Shown here piece by piece: positions 1 through 9,261 of a stretch of 64,000 bases of DNA. The translations under genes and the position numbers were made by a program. The notes under the pieces are model-generated. The model saw nothing but the letters and a program-made list of their open reading frames with translations. It did not search any database and was not told where the DNA came from. Numbering within the stretch: position 1 is the stretch's first letter; the number at the start of each line of letters is the position of its first letter. The DNA is from Myxococcota bacterium. Lineage in GTDB: Bacteria; Myxococcota_A; UBA9160; UBA4427. The stretch covers positions 4,288,001 to 4,352,000 of the forward strand of contig OZ252299.1 of the NCBI GenBank assembly GCA_965250285.1, given 5' to 3'.

Positions 1-1402
1 CGCGGCCATCGGCCAACTGGGCGACATCGACATAGAGCTCGGATTCGACCCTCGGCACACCGGGCGCCAGCGCACCGAACGTGCCGACGCGAACGTCGTG
101 GCCGTGTCGGCGCGTGAGCGCCGCGAGGTAGTGCATCGATCGGTTCGGCAACGGAGGCGCCTCGACCACGACGAGTCGGGTCGGGCTGCCCTCGAGCGCC
201 GCGTAGGCGGGCGAGAGCTTCACGTCGCCGGCCGTGAAGGCGGGCAGCTCGAAGAGGCCGAGATAGGTGTTGGCGAACCGATCGAGGGGCGGCGCGAAGG
301 GCCCGCGCGGCCCGACGACGAAGAGGGCGACCGCGACGCCGATCCCGACGGCCTCGACGGGCAAGGCGGGCACGCGCGCGCGCAGCGCGCGTCCCAGGCG
401 CACGCTGCCGAGCGCGATCAGCACGCTCGCCGCGGCGGCCGAGGGGAGCAGGTAGCGGGCGTACGCATACGCGTCGCCAAACGGCGACGCGAGCCAGAGC
501 AGCACCGGCGGCACGTACACGGCCGCGCAGAGCGGCGCCGCATCGACGCCCCGCGTGCGAATCTGGTCGATCGCCGACGCGACGAGAGCAACGACGCAGA
601 GCGCTGCGCCCGACGACGACCCGGCGAGCACGCCGATCACGTCGAAGGCGCCGAAGTCGCCGTAGTAGAGCTCGTCGCCCTTGGCGCCCACGAACGCGAG
701 CAGCGAGTCGAACGCCGCCGCGTGCAGCGCGAGGGCGACGACCGCCGACCCGGCGAAGCCGACGACGACCGGATGGGTCGCCAGCCGAGCCGCCCCGCCT
801 CGCACGACTGCCCTCGCAAAGACGCCGAGCCCGAGACCCAAGAGAAAGAACACGCTCGTCAGGTGGGCGAACGCGGCCAGGCCCCCGACGAGCGCGATCC
901 AGCCCGCGCGAGACCAGGCAGGCCGTCTGTCGCCCGGGCCCGGCGCGCTGAGGATCTGCACCCCGATACACAGGAGCGCCGCCAGCGAGTAGCTGCGGCC
1001 GAAGTGGCCGTAGAAGACGAAGACAGGGGCCAGCGCGACGATGAGCGCTGCGACCCACGCCGACGCGGTGTCGGCCTCGGTGCGTGCAAGACGAGCGACC
1101 GCCGCAATCAGCAGCAGGCTCGGCACGAACGCGACCGCGCGAAGCACCGGCAGACTCGCGCCGAAGGCGTCGACGAGGCCCTTCTGCACGAGCGGCAGCG
1201 CAAGGCCCGACCCGACCGCGTCATACCGGGCGAGCAGCATCGACCAGGGCAGCTCGAGGACCGTGAGGCTGTGCAGCTCGTCGCCGAACAGAAGTGCGTT
1301 CGCGAGGGGAACCGCACGCAGCCACACCCCGAGCAGCAGACCCGCGCCGACCGCGAGCCAGACGAGGGCCTGGCTCGGCGATGTCCCGGGGCGCTCGGTC
1401 AC
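1..1402 (-). CDS. GT-C fold membrane glycosyltransferase (ArnT/PMT-like, GT39/83-like), partial: 3' end runs off the window
   Basis: Not in the ORF track; I translated the N-terminal part by hand from GTG 1402: MTERPGTSPSQALVWLAVGAGLLLGVWLRAVPLANALLFGDELHSL...FVFYGHFGRSYSLAALL. TM1 followed by the DE motif, an RxY motif and many TM segments. Confidence 0.7.
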   Translation of the reverse strand, partial: MTERPGTSPSQALVWLAVGAGLLLGVWLRAVPLANALLFGDELHSLTVLELPWSMLLARYDAVGSGLALPLVQKGLVDAFGASLPVLRAVAFVPSLLLIAAVARLARTEADTASAWVAALIVALAPVFVFYGHFGRSYSLAALLCIGVQILSAPGPGDRRPAWSRAGWIALVGGLAAFAHLTSVFFLLGLGLGVFARAVVRGGAARLATHPVVVGFAGSAVVALALHAAAFDSLLAFVGAKGDELYYGDFGAFDVIGVLAGSSSGAALCVVALVASAIDQIRTRGVDAAPLCAAVYVPPVLLWLASPFGDAYAYARYLLPSAAAASVLIALGSVRLGRALRARVPALPVEAVGIGVAVALFVVGPRGPFAPPLDRFANTYLGLFELPAFTAGDVKLSPAYAALEGSPTRLVVVEAPPLPNRSMHYLAALTRRHGHDVRVGTFGALAPGVPRVESELYVDVAQLADGR

Positions 1403-1553
1403 GGTCGGGATTCTAGTGCAGCTCGAATGCGGAGGGCCTTCAGAGTGTGATCTCAGCAACGCGCACCACGGGTGCAGCGATCGCCGTGGAAGCCCGGGCG
1501 CTCCCGGGTTTCTTCGAGATCTGCGCATGCCCGTTTCGTGCCGGGGCGTCGCG

Positions 1554-1581
1554 TCAAGTTCTCGAGCTTTTTCGCCGATAC
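1554..1581 (+). promoter_or_regulatory. possible sigma28/FliA-type promoter (TCAAG...GCCGATAC)
   Basis: TCAA at 1554, 16-nt spacer, GCCGATAC at 1574, just upstream of the PEP-CTERM gene. Confidence 0.35.
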
Positions 1582-1588
1582 ACAGAGC

Positions 1589-2260
1589 ATGATTCGTCCC
1601 CTCCGCCGACACACGTGCGTGCGCACGATCACTTCCACCGTCATGGTCGTGCTCGGCGCCCTGCTCTTCACGGGCACGGCCCGCGCGCTCATGATCAGCG
1701 AAGTCATGTACAACCCGGTCGGCGGCTTCGGCAGCGACGATGGCCTCGAGTGGATCGAGCTCTACAACGACGACGTGACGACGGTCGACCTGTCGGGCTT
1801 CAGCCTCGGTTGGGGCGGCAGCGACTACACGTTCGGCAGCCTGCAGCTCGCGGGCAACCTCGCGCCCGGTGAGTTCATCGTCGTCGGCGGCCCCGACCCG
1901 GGCCCGGGTGTGAACTGGCTCCCCGATCCGATCGACCCGAACCTGCCCGATGGCTTCATCACCGCGGGCGGTGTGGGCCTCTTCACCGGCACCGAAACGT
2001 CGGGCACGCCGATCGATGCCGTGATCTTCGCGTCGGGCATCGGCTTCAACTTCAACGGTCTGATCGACGAGACCGGTGCGGTGGCGGGCGTCGACGCGAC
2101 GATCGGCGGCGCCGGCGACTCGATCGAGCGCATCAGCACGATCAGCTGGGTGACGAACGCAACGCCGAGCCCCGGCGTGAACCCGGCCATCCCCGAGCCC
2201 GGCACCGGCGTGCTCCTCGCCGCGGGCCTTGGCCTGCTCGCGTGGCAGCGCCGACGCTGA
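1589..2260 (+). CDS. lamin-tail-domain (LTD) protein with PEP-CTERM sorting signal
   Basis: Signal peptide ending ARA; LMISEVMYNP...EWIELYN...VDLSGF (LTD); C-terminal IPEPGT + TM + RRR. Start could instead be 1619 or 1643. Confidence 0.9.
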   Translation: MIRPLRRHTCVRTITSTVMVVLGALLFTGTARALMISEVMYNPVGGFGSDDGLEWIELYNDDVTTVDLSGFSLGWGGSDYTFGSLQLAGNLAPGEFIVVGGPDPGPGVNWLPDPIDPNLPDGFITAGGVGLFTGTETSGTPIDAVIFASGIGFNFNGLIDETGAVAGVDATIGGAGDSIERISTISWVTNATPSPGVNPAIPEPGTGVLLAAGLGLLAWQRRR

Positions 2261-2350
2261 GCCCACCCGCGCCGCCCCTCGAACGAACGCCGCACGAGCA
2301 CGAGACGCAAAGCGGTCGTCTCCGAGCGCGATCGGGCTTACCCTGACCCG

Positions 2351-3286
2351 ATGTCGGTGCGTCTTCGCGGCGTCCAGCACAGCTATGGCAATCGGCCCGC
2401 CGTGCAGGCGCTCGACCTCGAGGTGCGGCCCGGTGAGCTCTTCGGTCTGCTCGGCCCGAACGGCGCGGGCAAGACCACGACCCTGCAGATCCTGGCGGGC
2501 TTGCTCGAGCCGGCCGCGGGCGAGGTCGAGCTCTTCGGCGACGCCGCGCGGGGGCGCACCCGCGAGCTGCGGCGCCGCATCGGCCTCGTGCCCCAGTCGC
2601 TCGCGGTCTATCCCGACCTCTCTGGCCTGGCCAACGCCCGCTTCTTCGGCCGACTGCAGGGCCTGCGCGGCCGCGCCCTCGAGCAGGCGGCGCGCGACGC
2701 CCTCGAGCGCGTCGACCTGACCGAGCGCGCGCACGACGCGGCGGGCCAGTACTCGGGCGGCATGCAGCGGCGACTGAATCTGGCGTGCGGCCTCGTGCAC
2801 GGGCCCGAGCTGCTGCTGCTCGACGAGCCCACCGTCGGCGTCGATCCGCAGTCGCGCGAGCACCTGCTGCAGGCGATCCGCGCGCTCGCCGACGAAGGCA
2901 CCACCGTCATCTACACCTCGCACTACATGGAGGAGGTCGAGCGCCTCTGCGATCGCATCGCGATCCTCGATCAGGGCCGACTGATCGCCCTCGGCAGCCA
3001 GCGCGAGCTGCTCTCGCTGGTGGGGCTCGGTGAGATGATCGAGGTGCACGGGCTGGGCGACAGCGACGCAGCCACGGCTGCCCGCGGTTGGCCGGGCGTG
3101 CGGAGTGTCGATGCCGAGGGAGAGGACCTGCGTGTGCAGGTCGACCGCGCGGCCGACGTGCTCTCGCCGCTCGCGCGCCTCATCGAGGACAGCGGGCGCG
3201 CAGACACCGCGAGCGTCGAGATCTATCCCGTCGATCTCGAGCGCGTCTTCATGCACCTGACGGGGCGGGCGCTGCGAGACGAATGA
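2351..3286 (+). CDS. ABC-2 type exporter ATP-binding protein (DrrA/CcmA-like)
   Basis: Walker A GPNGAGKT, YSGGMQ signature, LLLLDEPT, C-terminal LERVFMHLTG. Confidence 0.95.
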   Translation: MSVRLRGVQHSYGNRPAVQALDLEVRPGELFGLLGPNGAGKTTTLQILAGLLEPAAGEVELFGDAARGRTRELRRRIGLVPQSLAVYPDLSGLANARFFGRLQGLRGRALEQAARDALERVDLTERAHDAAGQYSGGMQRRLNLACGLVHGPELLLLDEPTVGVDPQSREHLLQAIRALADEGTTVIYTSHYMEEVERLCDRIAILDQGRLIALGSQRELLSLVGLGEMIEVHGLGDSDAATAARGWPGVRSVDAEGEDLRVQVDRAADVLSPLARLIEDSGRADTASVEIYPVDLERVFMHLTGRALRDE

Positions 3287-3954
3287 CCGGGCGCCTCGCG
3301 AACTGGGCGCCTCGAAGCGCCGCTTCGCGGGGTGCCGCGCTCGGCGCCACGCTGCTGTTCGCCGCGGCGTTCGCCGCGCAGGCCGAAGATGAGCCGGCGA
3401 CGCCCGAGGTGCATCCTGCCCAGGCCGCCGTGCGCGAGGCCCTGGCCGAAGCGCGGCGCGTCGTCGAGGGTCCGGGCGACCGCCCGGCCAAGCTCGAACA
3501 GCTGGGCGACATCAGCCGCGCTCTCTTCGACACTGAGTCGATGGCGACGCGCGCGCTCGGTTCGCACCTCGAAGGCCGCACCCCCGAGCAGCGCGCCGAG
3601 TTCATGGCGCTCTTCGATGAGTACATCGTGCGCGCGTATCTGCAGAAGCTGCTCTTCTTTCGCAACCCGCGCTTCGCGTTCGCGAAACCCCGCGTCGAGG
3701 GCGACTCGGTGTGGGTGCGCACGCGCATCGTGACGCGCAAGGACGACTACTTCGTCGACTACCGCATGGAGCAGACCCACGCGGGCTGGCTCGCGAGCGA
3801 CGTGGTCGTCGAGCACATCAGCCTGGCCGACAACTTCGCCGCGCAGTTCACGAGCCTGCTCGAACGACGCACATTCGACGAGCTGCTGGCCAAGATGCGC
3901 GCCAAGGTCGATCGCCACCGAAAGAGGCTCGAAGGAAAGAAGCTCGAAGAATGA
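3283..3954 (+). CDS. MlaC/Ttg2D/HpnM-family periplasmic lipid-binding protein
   Basis: Signal peptide; FDTESMATRALG...QRAEFMALF...VDYRM...WLASDVVVEHISL..NFAAQF pattern; ATGA overlap with the ATPase stop. Confidence 0.85.
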   Translation: MTGRLANWAPRSAASRGAALGATLLFAAAFAAQAEDEPATPEVHPAQAAVREALAEARRVVEGPGDRPAKLEQLGDISRALFDTESMATRALGSHLEGRTPEQRAEFMALFDEYIVRAYLQKLLFFRNPRFAFAKPRVEGDSVWVRTRIVTRKDDYFVDYRMEQTHAGWLASDVVVEHISLADNFAAQFTSLLERRTFDELLAKMRAKVDRHRKRLEGKKLEE

Positions 3955-5063
3955 CGGCGCTCTGGGTCATGCTGAAGGATCTCGAACTGGTCGTGCGCGA
4001 CTGGGCGGCGCTGCTGTTCATTCTGCTGGTGCCGGTGATCGTGATCGGCATCTCGGCGACGAGCCTCGGCGGCAGCGACGGGCCGCGCATCATCGTGCCG
4101 GTGGTCAACCTCGACGAGGGACCGGTGGCCGAGGTGCTGCTCGAGGTGCTCCAGAAGAACGTGATCGTCGAAGAAGTGGAGCTCGACGAGGCGAAGCGTC
4201 GCGTGCTCGTCGACCAGAGCTCGGCCACGGCGCTCGTGCTGCCCGAGCGGCTGTCGAAGCGCTACCTCGCGGGCGACGAGAGCACGCTGACGCTGCTGAC
4301 CGACCCCGCCAAGGGCTCGGAGGTGAACGTGGTCAAGGCCTACCTGCTGCTCGCCGACCGCGACGCCGCGGCGCTGGCCGACCCCTTCCACGAAGAGCTG
4401 ATCACGATCGAAGAAGAGAGCCTGACGGGCAGCCAGCTCACCACCGACAACTTCGAGCAGACGATCCCCGGCTTCAGCACGATGTTCATCTTCATGGGGC
4501 TGATCTTCGGCGTCGCGTTCGGTCTCGACGACGAACGGCGCTGGGGCACGCTGGTGCGTCTGCGCACGGCGCCCACGAGCCTGGTGCCGATCCTCTTCGG
4601 CAAGGTCGCGGCGCGCATCGTGATCGGGTTCGTGCAGGCGGCGATCCTGTTCGGCTTCGGACGCCTCGCCTTCGACCTGGCGCTGGGCCCGTCGATCGCG
4701 ACGTTCGCGCTGATGCTCTTCGCCATCGTCGTGGGGCTCACGGGCCTCGCGATGCTCGCGGTGCCGCTCATGCGCACCCGCGAGCAGATCATCCCGCTCG
4801 GTCTCACGGTCGTGCTGATCGCCTGCTCGATCGGCGGCTGCTGGTGGCCGCTCTTTCAAGAGCCGATCTGGCTGCAGCGCATCGCGTTCGTCTTCCCCAC
4901 CGCGTGGGGGATGAACGGCCTGCACGACCTCATCCTGCGCGAGAAGACCTTCGTCGACGTCCTGCCGACGCTGCTCGTGCTCGCCGCCTACGGCGTCGGC
5001 GGGACGACGATCGGGGCGGTGCTGTGGGTGAGGCGGGAGGTGCTGGCGGGGAGGTCGGGGTAG
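3951..5063 (+). CDS. ABC-2 type exporter permease
   Basis: N-terminal TM, large periplasmic loop, ERRWGTLVRL..P motif, GGCWWP and FPTAW motifs; ATGA overlap with the upstream gene. Confidence 0.92.
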   Translation: MTALWVMLKDLELVVRDWAALLFILLVPVIVIGISATSLGGSDGPRIIVPVVNLDEGPVAEVLLEVLQKNVIVEEVELDEAKRRVLVDQSSATALVLPERLSKRYLAGDESTLTLLTDPAKGSEVNVVKAYLLLADRDAAALADPFHEELITIEEESLTGSQLTTDNFEQTIPGFSTMFIFMGLIFGVAFGLDDERRWGTLVRLRTAPTSLVPILFGKVAARIVIGFVQAAILFGFGRLAFDLALGPSIATFALMLFAIVVGLTGLAMLAVPLMRTREQIIPLGLTVVLIACSIGGCWWPLFQEPIWLQRIAFVFPTAWGMNGLHDLILREKTFVDVLPTLLVLAAYGVGGTTIGAVLWVRREVLAGRSG

Positions 5064-5067
5064 CCAA

Positions 5068-5796
5068 TCACCCCACCACCCCATCGGGATCGGGGATGTG
5101 CCGCGCCACGAGGTTCGAGAACGCTACGCGGCCGGGGCCGAACTTGAGCAGGTCGGCCTTGGCGAAGCGCGCGGCGTCGGCCGAGATCGGCTTGGCGTCG
5201 CGAGCCTTCATGTGGGCCTCGGCGACGCGCTCCATCTGCACGAAGAGCCCCACCGCTTCGCTGACGCGATCGCCCACGGTCAGCAGGCCGTGGTTGCGCA
5301 GGATGATCGCCCGGTTGTCGCCGAGCGCGTCGGCGATGCGGCCGCCGGCCACCGTCGACTGCACCTGCACCTCTTCGTCGTCGAAGATCGCGTGGTCCTC
5401 GAAGAAGACACAGCTCTCCTGGGTGATTGGCTCGATGGGCCGCACCTCGGCCGAGAAGGGCGTGCCCCAGCCCGTGTGCACGTGGCAGGCGCTCACCGCG
5501 TCGGCGCGGGCTTCGAGGATCGGCTGGTGGATGTAGTAGGCGGCCGAGTTGATGATGCCTTCGCCATCGGCGAGCTCACCATCGGGGCCGACCAGCACGA
5601 GGTCGGGCACCGTCGCCTGGTGGTACGACACGCCGTAGCGCAGCAGCCAGAAGCAGTCAGTGCGCTCCGGGTCGCGTGCACTGATGTGGCCATCGCCTGC
5701 ATCGCCCCAGCGCATCGCCGCGAGAATGCGGTAGCCGAGCGCCACCTCGCGCTTGCGCCGCGCGCGCTCCGCTTCGATCGAATGGGCCTCGCTCAT
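5068..5796 (-). CDS. class II aldolase/adducin family protein
   Basis: GHISARDP, YIHQPI, CHVHT and ILRNHGLLTVG metal-binding motifs. Confidence 0.93.
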   Translation of the reverse strand: MSEAHSIEAERARRKREVALGYRILAAMRWGDAGDGHISARDPERTDCFWLLRYGVSYHQATVPDLVLVGPDGELADGEGIINSAAYYIHQPILEARADAVSACHVHTGWGTPFSAEVRPIEPITQESCVFFEDHAIFDDEEVQVQSTVAGGRIADALGDNRAIILRNHGLLTVGDRVSEAVGLFVQMERVAEAHMKARDAKPISADAARFAKADLLKFGPGRVAFSNLVARHIPDPDGVVG

Positions 5797-5859
5797 GGTT
5801 CGCTCCTCTGCTTGCCGGATCACAGCCGCTCGGATCTGGGCGCTTCGACAGGCCGATGA

Positions 5860-7470
5860 CTACGAGAGCCGGAACCCCTCGTAGCCCTTCGCCGCCACCT
5901 CGTCACACTTCGCCGCATAGGGCGGAAACCCGATGAAAGGCATGAAGACGCGCGGCTTGCCCGGCACGTTGGCACCGAGATACCACGAGTTGCACGTCGG
6001 AAAGATCGTCGCGTCGGCGATGGTGTTGACCACCGTCACCCACTCGTCTTCGGCAGCGAGCTCGGCCTCGATCACTTGCTTGTCGTGCTCGGCCATGTAG
6101 GCGAGGCAGTCGGCGACGAACTCGACGTGCTGCTGGATCGACACCAGCATGTTCGTCAGCACCGACGGGCTGCCCGGCCCCGAGATCATGAACATGTTCG
6201 GGAAGCCAGCGACCTCGAGCCCGAGATACGTGCGCGGCCCGGCCTCCCACTTCTCGCGCAGCGAGAGCCCTTCGCGACCGACCACGTCGATCTTGAGCAG
6301 CGAGCCCGTCATCGCGTCGAAGCCAGTCGCAAAGACGATGGCATCGAAATCCCAGGTCTCGTCGCCGACGCGCACGCCCGTCTCAGTGATGGCGTCGATG
6401 GCGCGGCCGCTGATGTCGACGAGCGTCACGTTGTCACGGTTGAACGTCGCGTAGTAGCCGGTGTCGACGCACATGCGCTTGCAGCCGATGCGCTGATCGG
6501 GCGAGAGCAGCTCGGCGACCTCGGGATCGTCGACGATCTCGTGAATCTTCTCGCGCACGAAGGCCGCGGCTGCCTCGTTCGACGCCGGGTCGACGAGTAC
6601 GTCGGCGTAACCGCCGAGAAACGGCAGCCCGCCGATCTCCCAACGCGCTTCGAACTGCTCGCGGCGCTGCTCTTCCGAATCCTGCATGGCCGCCTCGCGG
6701 CCGGGCGGCAGCTCGGCGCCGAAGCACGACTGCATCTGGCGATTGGCGGCGCGCAGCTCGCCGTAGCGCGCCTTGATCGCCGCCTGCTCTTCGGCCGGAA
6801 TCGGCGCGTTGTGCGCGGGCACCGAGTAGTTGGGTGTGCGCTGGAAGACGTGCAGGTGCTCGGCCTGCTCGGCGATGATCGGGATCGACTGGATCGCCGA
6901 CGACCCCGTACCGATCACGCCGACGCGCTTGCCGGTGAAGTCGACGGGCTCGTGGGGCCAGTCGCCCGTGTGATACCAGTCGCCCCGGTACGTCTCGAGG
7001 CCCGGGAAGTCGGGCAGGTTCGTCGACGAGAGACAGCCCGTCGCCATCACGAGGAACCGCGCCGACACCGAGCCGGCCGAGGTCTGCACCTGCCAGCGCC
7101 GGTCGTCGTCGTGCCAGTGCGCCGACTCGACCGTCGTCTCGAACACGATGTCTCGGCGCAGGTCGAACCGATCGGCCACGTGGTTCACGTATTCGAGGAT
7201 CTCGGGCTGGGTCGCGTACTTCTCCGACCACGCCCACTCCTGCTGAAGCGCCTCGTCGAACTCGTACGAGTACTCCATGCTGGTCACGTCGCAGCGGGCG
7301 CCGGGGTAGCGATTCCAGTACCAGGTGCCACCGACGCCCGAGGCGCGCTCGACGATGCGCGCGTCGAGGCCGAGCCCGCGCAATCGGTGCAGCATGTAGA
7401 GGCCGGCGAAGCCGGCGCCGACGACGACGGCGTCGAGGGTCTCGGGGATCTTCGAAGTGTCTTGGGACAT
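5860..7470 (-). CDS. Baeyer-Villiger monooxygenase (cyclohexanone/phenylacetone/steroid monooxygenase family)
   Basis: GAGFAG, GGTWYWNRYPGARCD, BVMO fingerprint (F/Y)xGxxxHTxxWP, GTGSS, ATGF, SWYLGANVPGKPR. Confidence 0.96.
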   Translation of the reverse strand: MSQDTSKIPETLDAVVVGAGFAGLYMLHRLRGLGLDARIVERASGVGGTWYWNRYPGARCDVTSMEYSYEFDEALQQEWAWSEKYATQPEILEYVNHVADRFDLRRDIVFETTVESAHWHDDDRRWQVQTSAGSVSARFLVMATGCLSSTNLPDFPGLETYRGDWYHTGDWPHEPVDFTGKRVGVIGTGSSAIQSIPIIAEQAEHLHVFQRTPNYSVPAHNAPIPAEEQAAIKARYGELRAANRQMQSCFGAELPPGREAAMQDSEEQRREQFEARWEIGGLPFLGGYADVLVDPASNEAAAAFVREKIHEIVDDPEVAELLSPDQRIGCKRMCVDTGYYATFNRDNVTLVDISGRAIDAITETGVRVGDETWDFDAIVFATGFDAMTGSLLKIDVVGREGLSLREKWEAGPRTYLGLEVAGFPNMFMISGPGSPSVLTNMLVSIQQHVEFVADCLAYMAEHDKQVIEAELAAEDEWVTVVNTIADATIFPTCNSWYLGANVPGKPRVFMPFIGFPPYAAKCDEVAAKGYEGFRLS

Positions 7471-7555
7471 CGCGTTGGGCCTCGGTCAGGGATGCGGATG
7501 GGCCGGGTCGGCTGGGCCGAACCTTCATTCTAGACGAGGCTGAGGCGGGCTGCGC

Positions 7556-8308
7556 TCAGGTGGGCACGTACGCCGCCACCGCCCGCTCGAACGCCGGTCG
7601 GCTCATCGCGCGCTCGCCCCATTCCACCAGGCGAGGATGCGCATCGAGCTTCACCCCGGCGGGCGCGAAGCGATTGTGATTCACGACCCACGAGACGTCG
7701 GCCAGACCGTAGGCCTCGCCCGAGAGCCACGGCGCGTCACCGAGGGCGGCCTCGAGCACGTCGAGGGTCTCGGCCAGCTCGAGCTCGGCCGCGTCGACCC
7801 GCCGCTGCCAGGCGGCTCCCTCCTCGGCGTAGTCGCGCATGAAGTCGGCGAGCCCGGGGACGTCGGCCTGATCGAAGAGCTCGAGCTCGTCGCGGCTGAT
7901 CTTGCGAAAGGCGCGAAAGAGGCGGTCGTGGGAGATCACCTTGAACGCGCCCTGAAAGGCGCTTGCTCGGTCGATCAGCGCCTGCATGCGTGCGCGACCT
8001 GGGGTGTCGTTCGGCTGCAGGCTCGGCTCGAGGAACTCGGCCTCGAGGTAGGCGAGGATGTCGTTCGACTCGATCACCACCTGGCCGTCGTGCACGAGGG
8101 TGGGCACGACCCGGTTCGGATTGAGTCGGCCGTAGTCGGTCGTCAGGTGCGCGTGGCCCGGCAGGTCGAGGTGATGGCTCTGCCACGCGAGGCCCTTCTC
8201 TTCGAGGGCGAGGCGCACCCGCTGCGAGCAGTTCGACAGCGCGAAGTGAAAGAGGTGCAGGCCCCGCTTGCCGGGCACGTCGGGGTGGTCGCTCTCGTAG
8301 AGACCCAT
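7556..8308 (-). CDS. glutathione S-transferase family protein
   Basis: SNCSQRVRLAL.EK, NPNRVVPTLVH, IESNDILAYL, GLAD. Confidence 0.9.
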   Translation of the reverse strand: MGLYESDHPDVPGKRGLHLFHFALSNCSQRVRLALEEKGLAWQSHHLDLPGHAHLTTDYGRLNPNRVVPTLVHDGQVVIESNDILAYLEAEFLEPSLQPNDTPGRARMQALIDRASAFQGAFKVISHDRLFRAFRKISRDELELFDQADVPGLADFMRDYAEEGAAWQRRVDAAELELAETLDVLEAALGDAPWLSGEAYGLADVSWVVNHNRFAPAGVKLDAHPRLVEWGERAMSRPAFERAVAAYVPT

Positions 8309-8333
8309 GTCGTCGCGGCTCCCGCTCGGTCGC

Positions 8334-9248
8334 TCAGGGCTTCGGGGCGCTGCCCCACTGCGTGCCGAGCGCGATGCCCGGGTCGGCGAGGCCGGTCTCG
8401 TGCTCGTCGTTCAGCAGGTCGCCGTCGGTGAAGTGCTCGTGCACATGGCCCCACGGATCCTGCCAGTAGTCGAACACCTGGGCGCCCAGGATGTGCCGCC
8501 CGACGCCTGCGTGATGCGTGTAGCCCGCCTGGGTGAGGACGTCGTGCCCGGCCATCACCGCGTCGAAGTCTTCGACCTCGAACGCGGCGTGGTCGAAGCC
8601 CGGCTCACCGAGGCCGATGCACAGGAACGTGTGGTGGTCGGTGAACGCCTTGCCGCGGTCGCAGCGCATGAACGACAGGATCACGTTCGACTCTTCACCG
8701 AGGTAGACCTCGTCCGACGACACGAAGCCGAAGCGCGACTTGTACCAGGCTTCGCTCGTGCGGAAGTCGGTCGACTTGACCACGGCGTGGCCCAGGCGCT
8801 TGACGCGCGCCGGCCCACCGGGCACCCGCTGCAGCGTACCCTCGCGCGCGTGATCGCTGCCCCGGTTGATCGGGGCCGCGCCCACGACGTCGAGTGATGG
8901 CGGCGCCTCGCGGCCGTGCACGAGCTCGATCGGGAAGCCGTCGGGGTCGGTGAAGCGCACCACCCGGCCGCCGCCGGGCGCCTTCAGCTCTTCGATGGAC
9001 GAGGCGCCCTCGAAGCCGGCCGCCTTCTCGAGGTCTTCGGCCGAGCTCGCCTCGAAGCCGATGCCCGCGAACCCGGACTCACCGAGGTGTGTCACGTGAC
9101 AGTACGGCGAGGGATCGGTGCCGCGCATGTAGAGGGTGTCGCCCTCGCGCGCCGTCACGAAGAGGCCGAAGTCGGTGCCGAACTTCTCCATCGCGTCGAG
9201 GTCGGGCGCCGAGAAGCGCACGTAGGCGATGTCGTGAACCTTGATCAT
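8334..9248 (-). CDS. VOC-family extradiol ring-cleavage dioxygenase, trihydroxytoluene oxygenase (DntD)-like
   Basis: Two VOC domains; LGHAV, DHHTF, HAAFEV, GVGRHILGAQVFDYW.DP.G..HEHFTDGD. Confidence 0.85.
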   Translation of the reverse strand: MIKVHDIAYVRFSAPDLDAMEKFGTDFGLFVTAREGDTLYMRGTDPSPYCHVTHLGESGFAGIGFEASSAEDLEKAAGFEGASSIEELKAPGGGRVVRFTDPDGFPIELVHGREAPPSLDVVGAAPINRGSDHAREGTLQRVPGGPARVKRLGHAVVKSTDFRTSEAWYKSRFGFVSSDEVYLGEESNVILSFMRCDRGKAFTDHHTFLCIGLGEPGFDHAAFEVEDFDAVMAGHDVLTQAGYTHHAGVGRHILGAQVFDYWQDPWGHVHEHFTDGDLLNDEHETGLADPGIALGTQWGSAPKP

Positions 9249-9261
9249 GGGGTCCTCCGAT

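Noticed and set aside
98..1450. 450-aa plus-strand ORF in the track
   Set aside because: Arg-rich antisense shadow of the minus-strand glycosyltransferase, which the track missed because it runs off the edge
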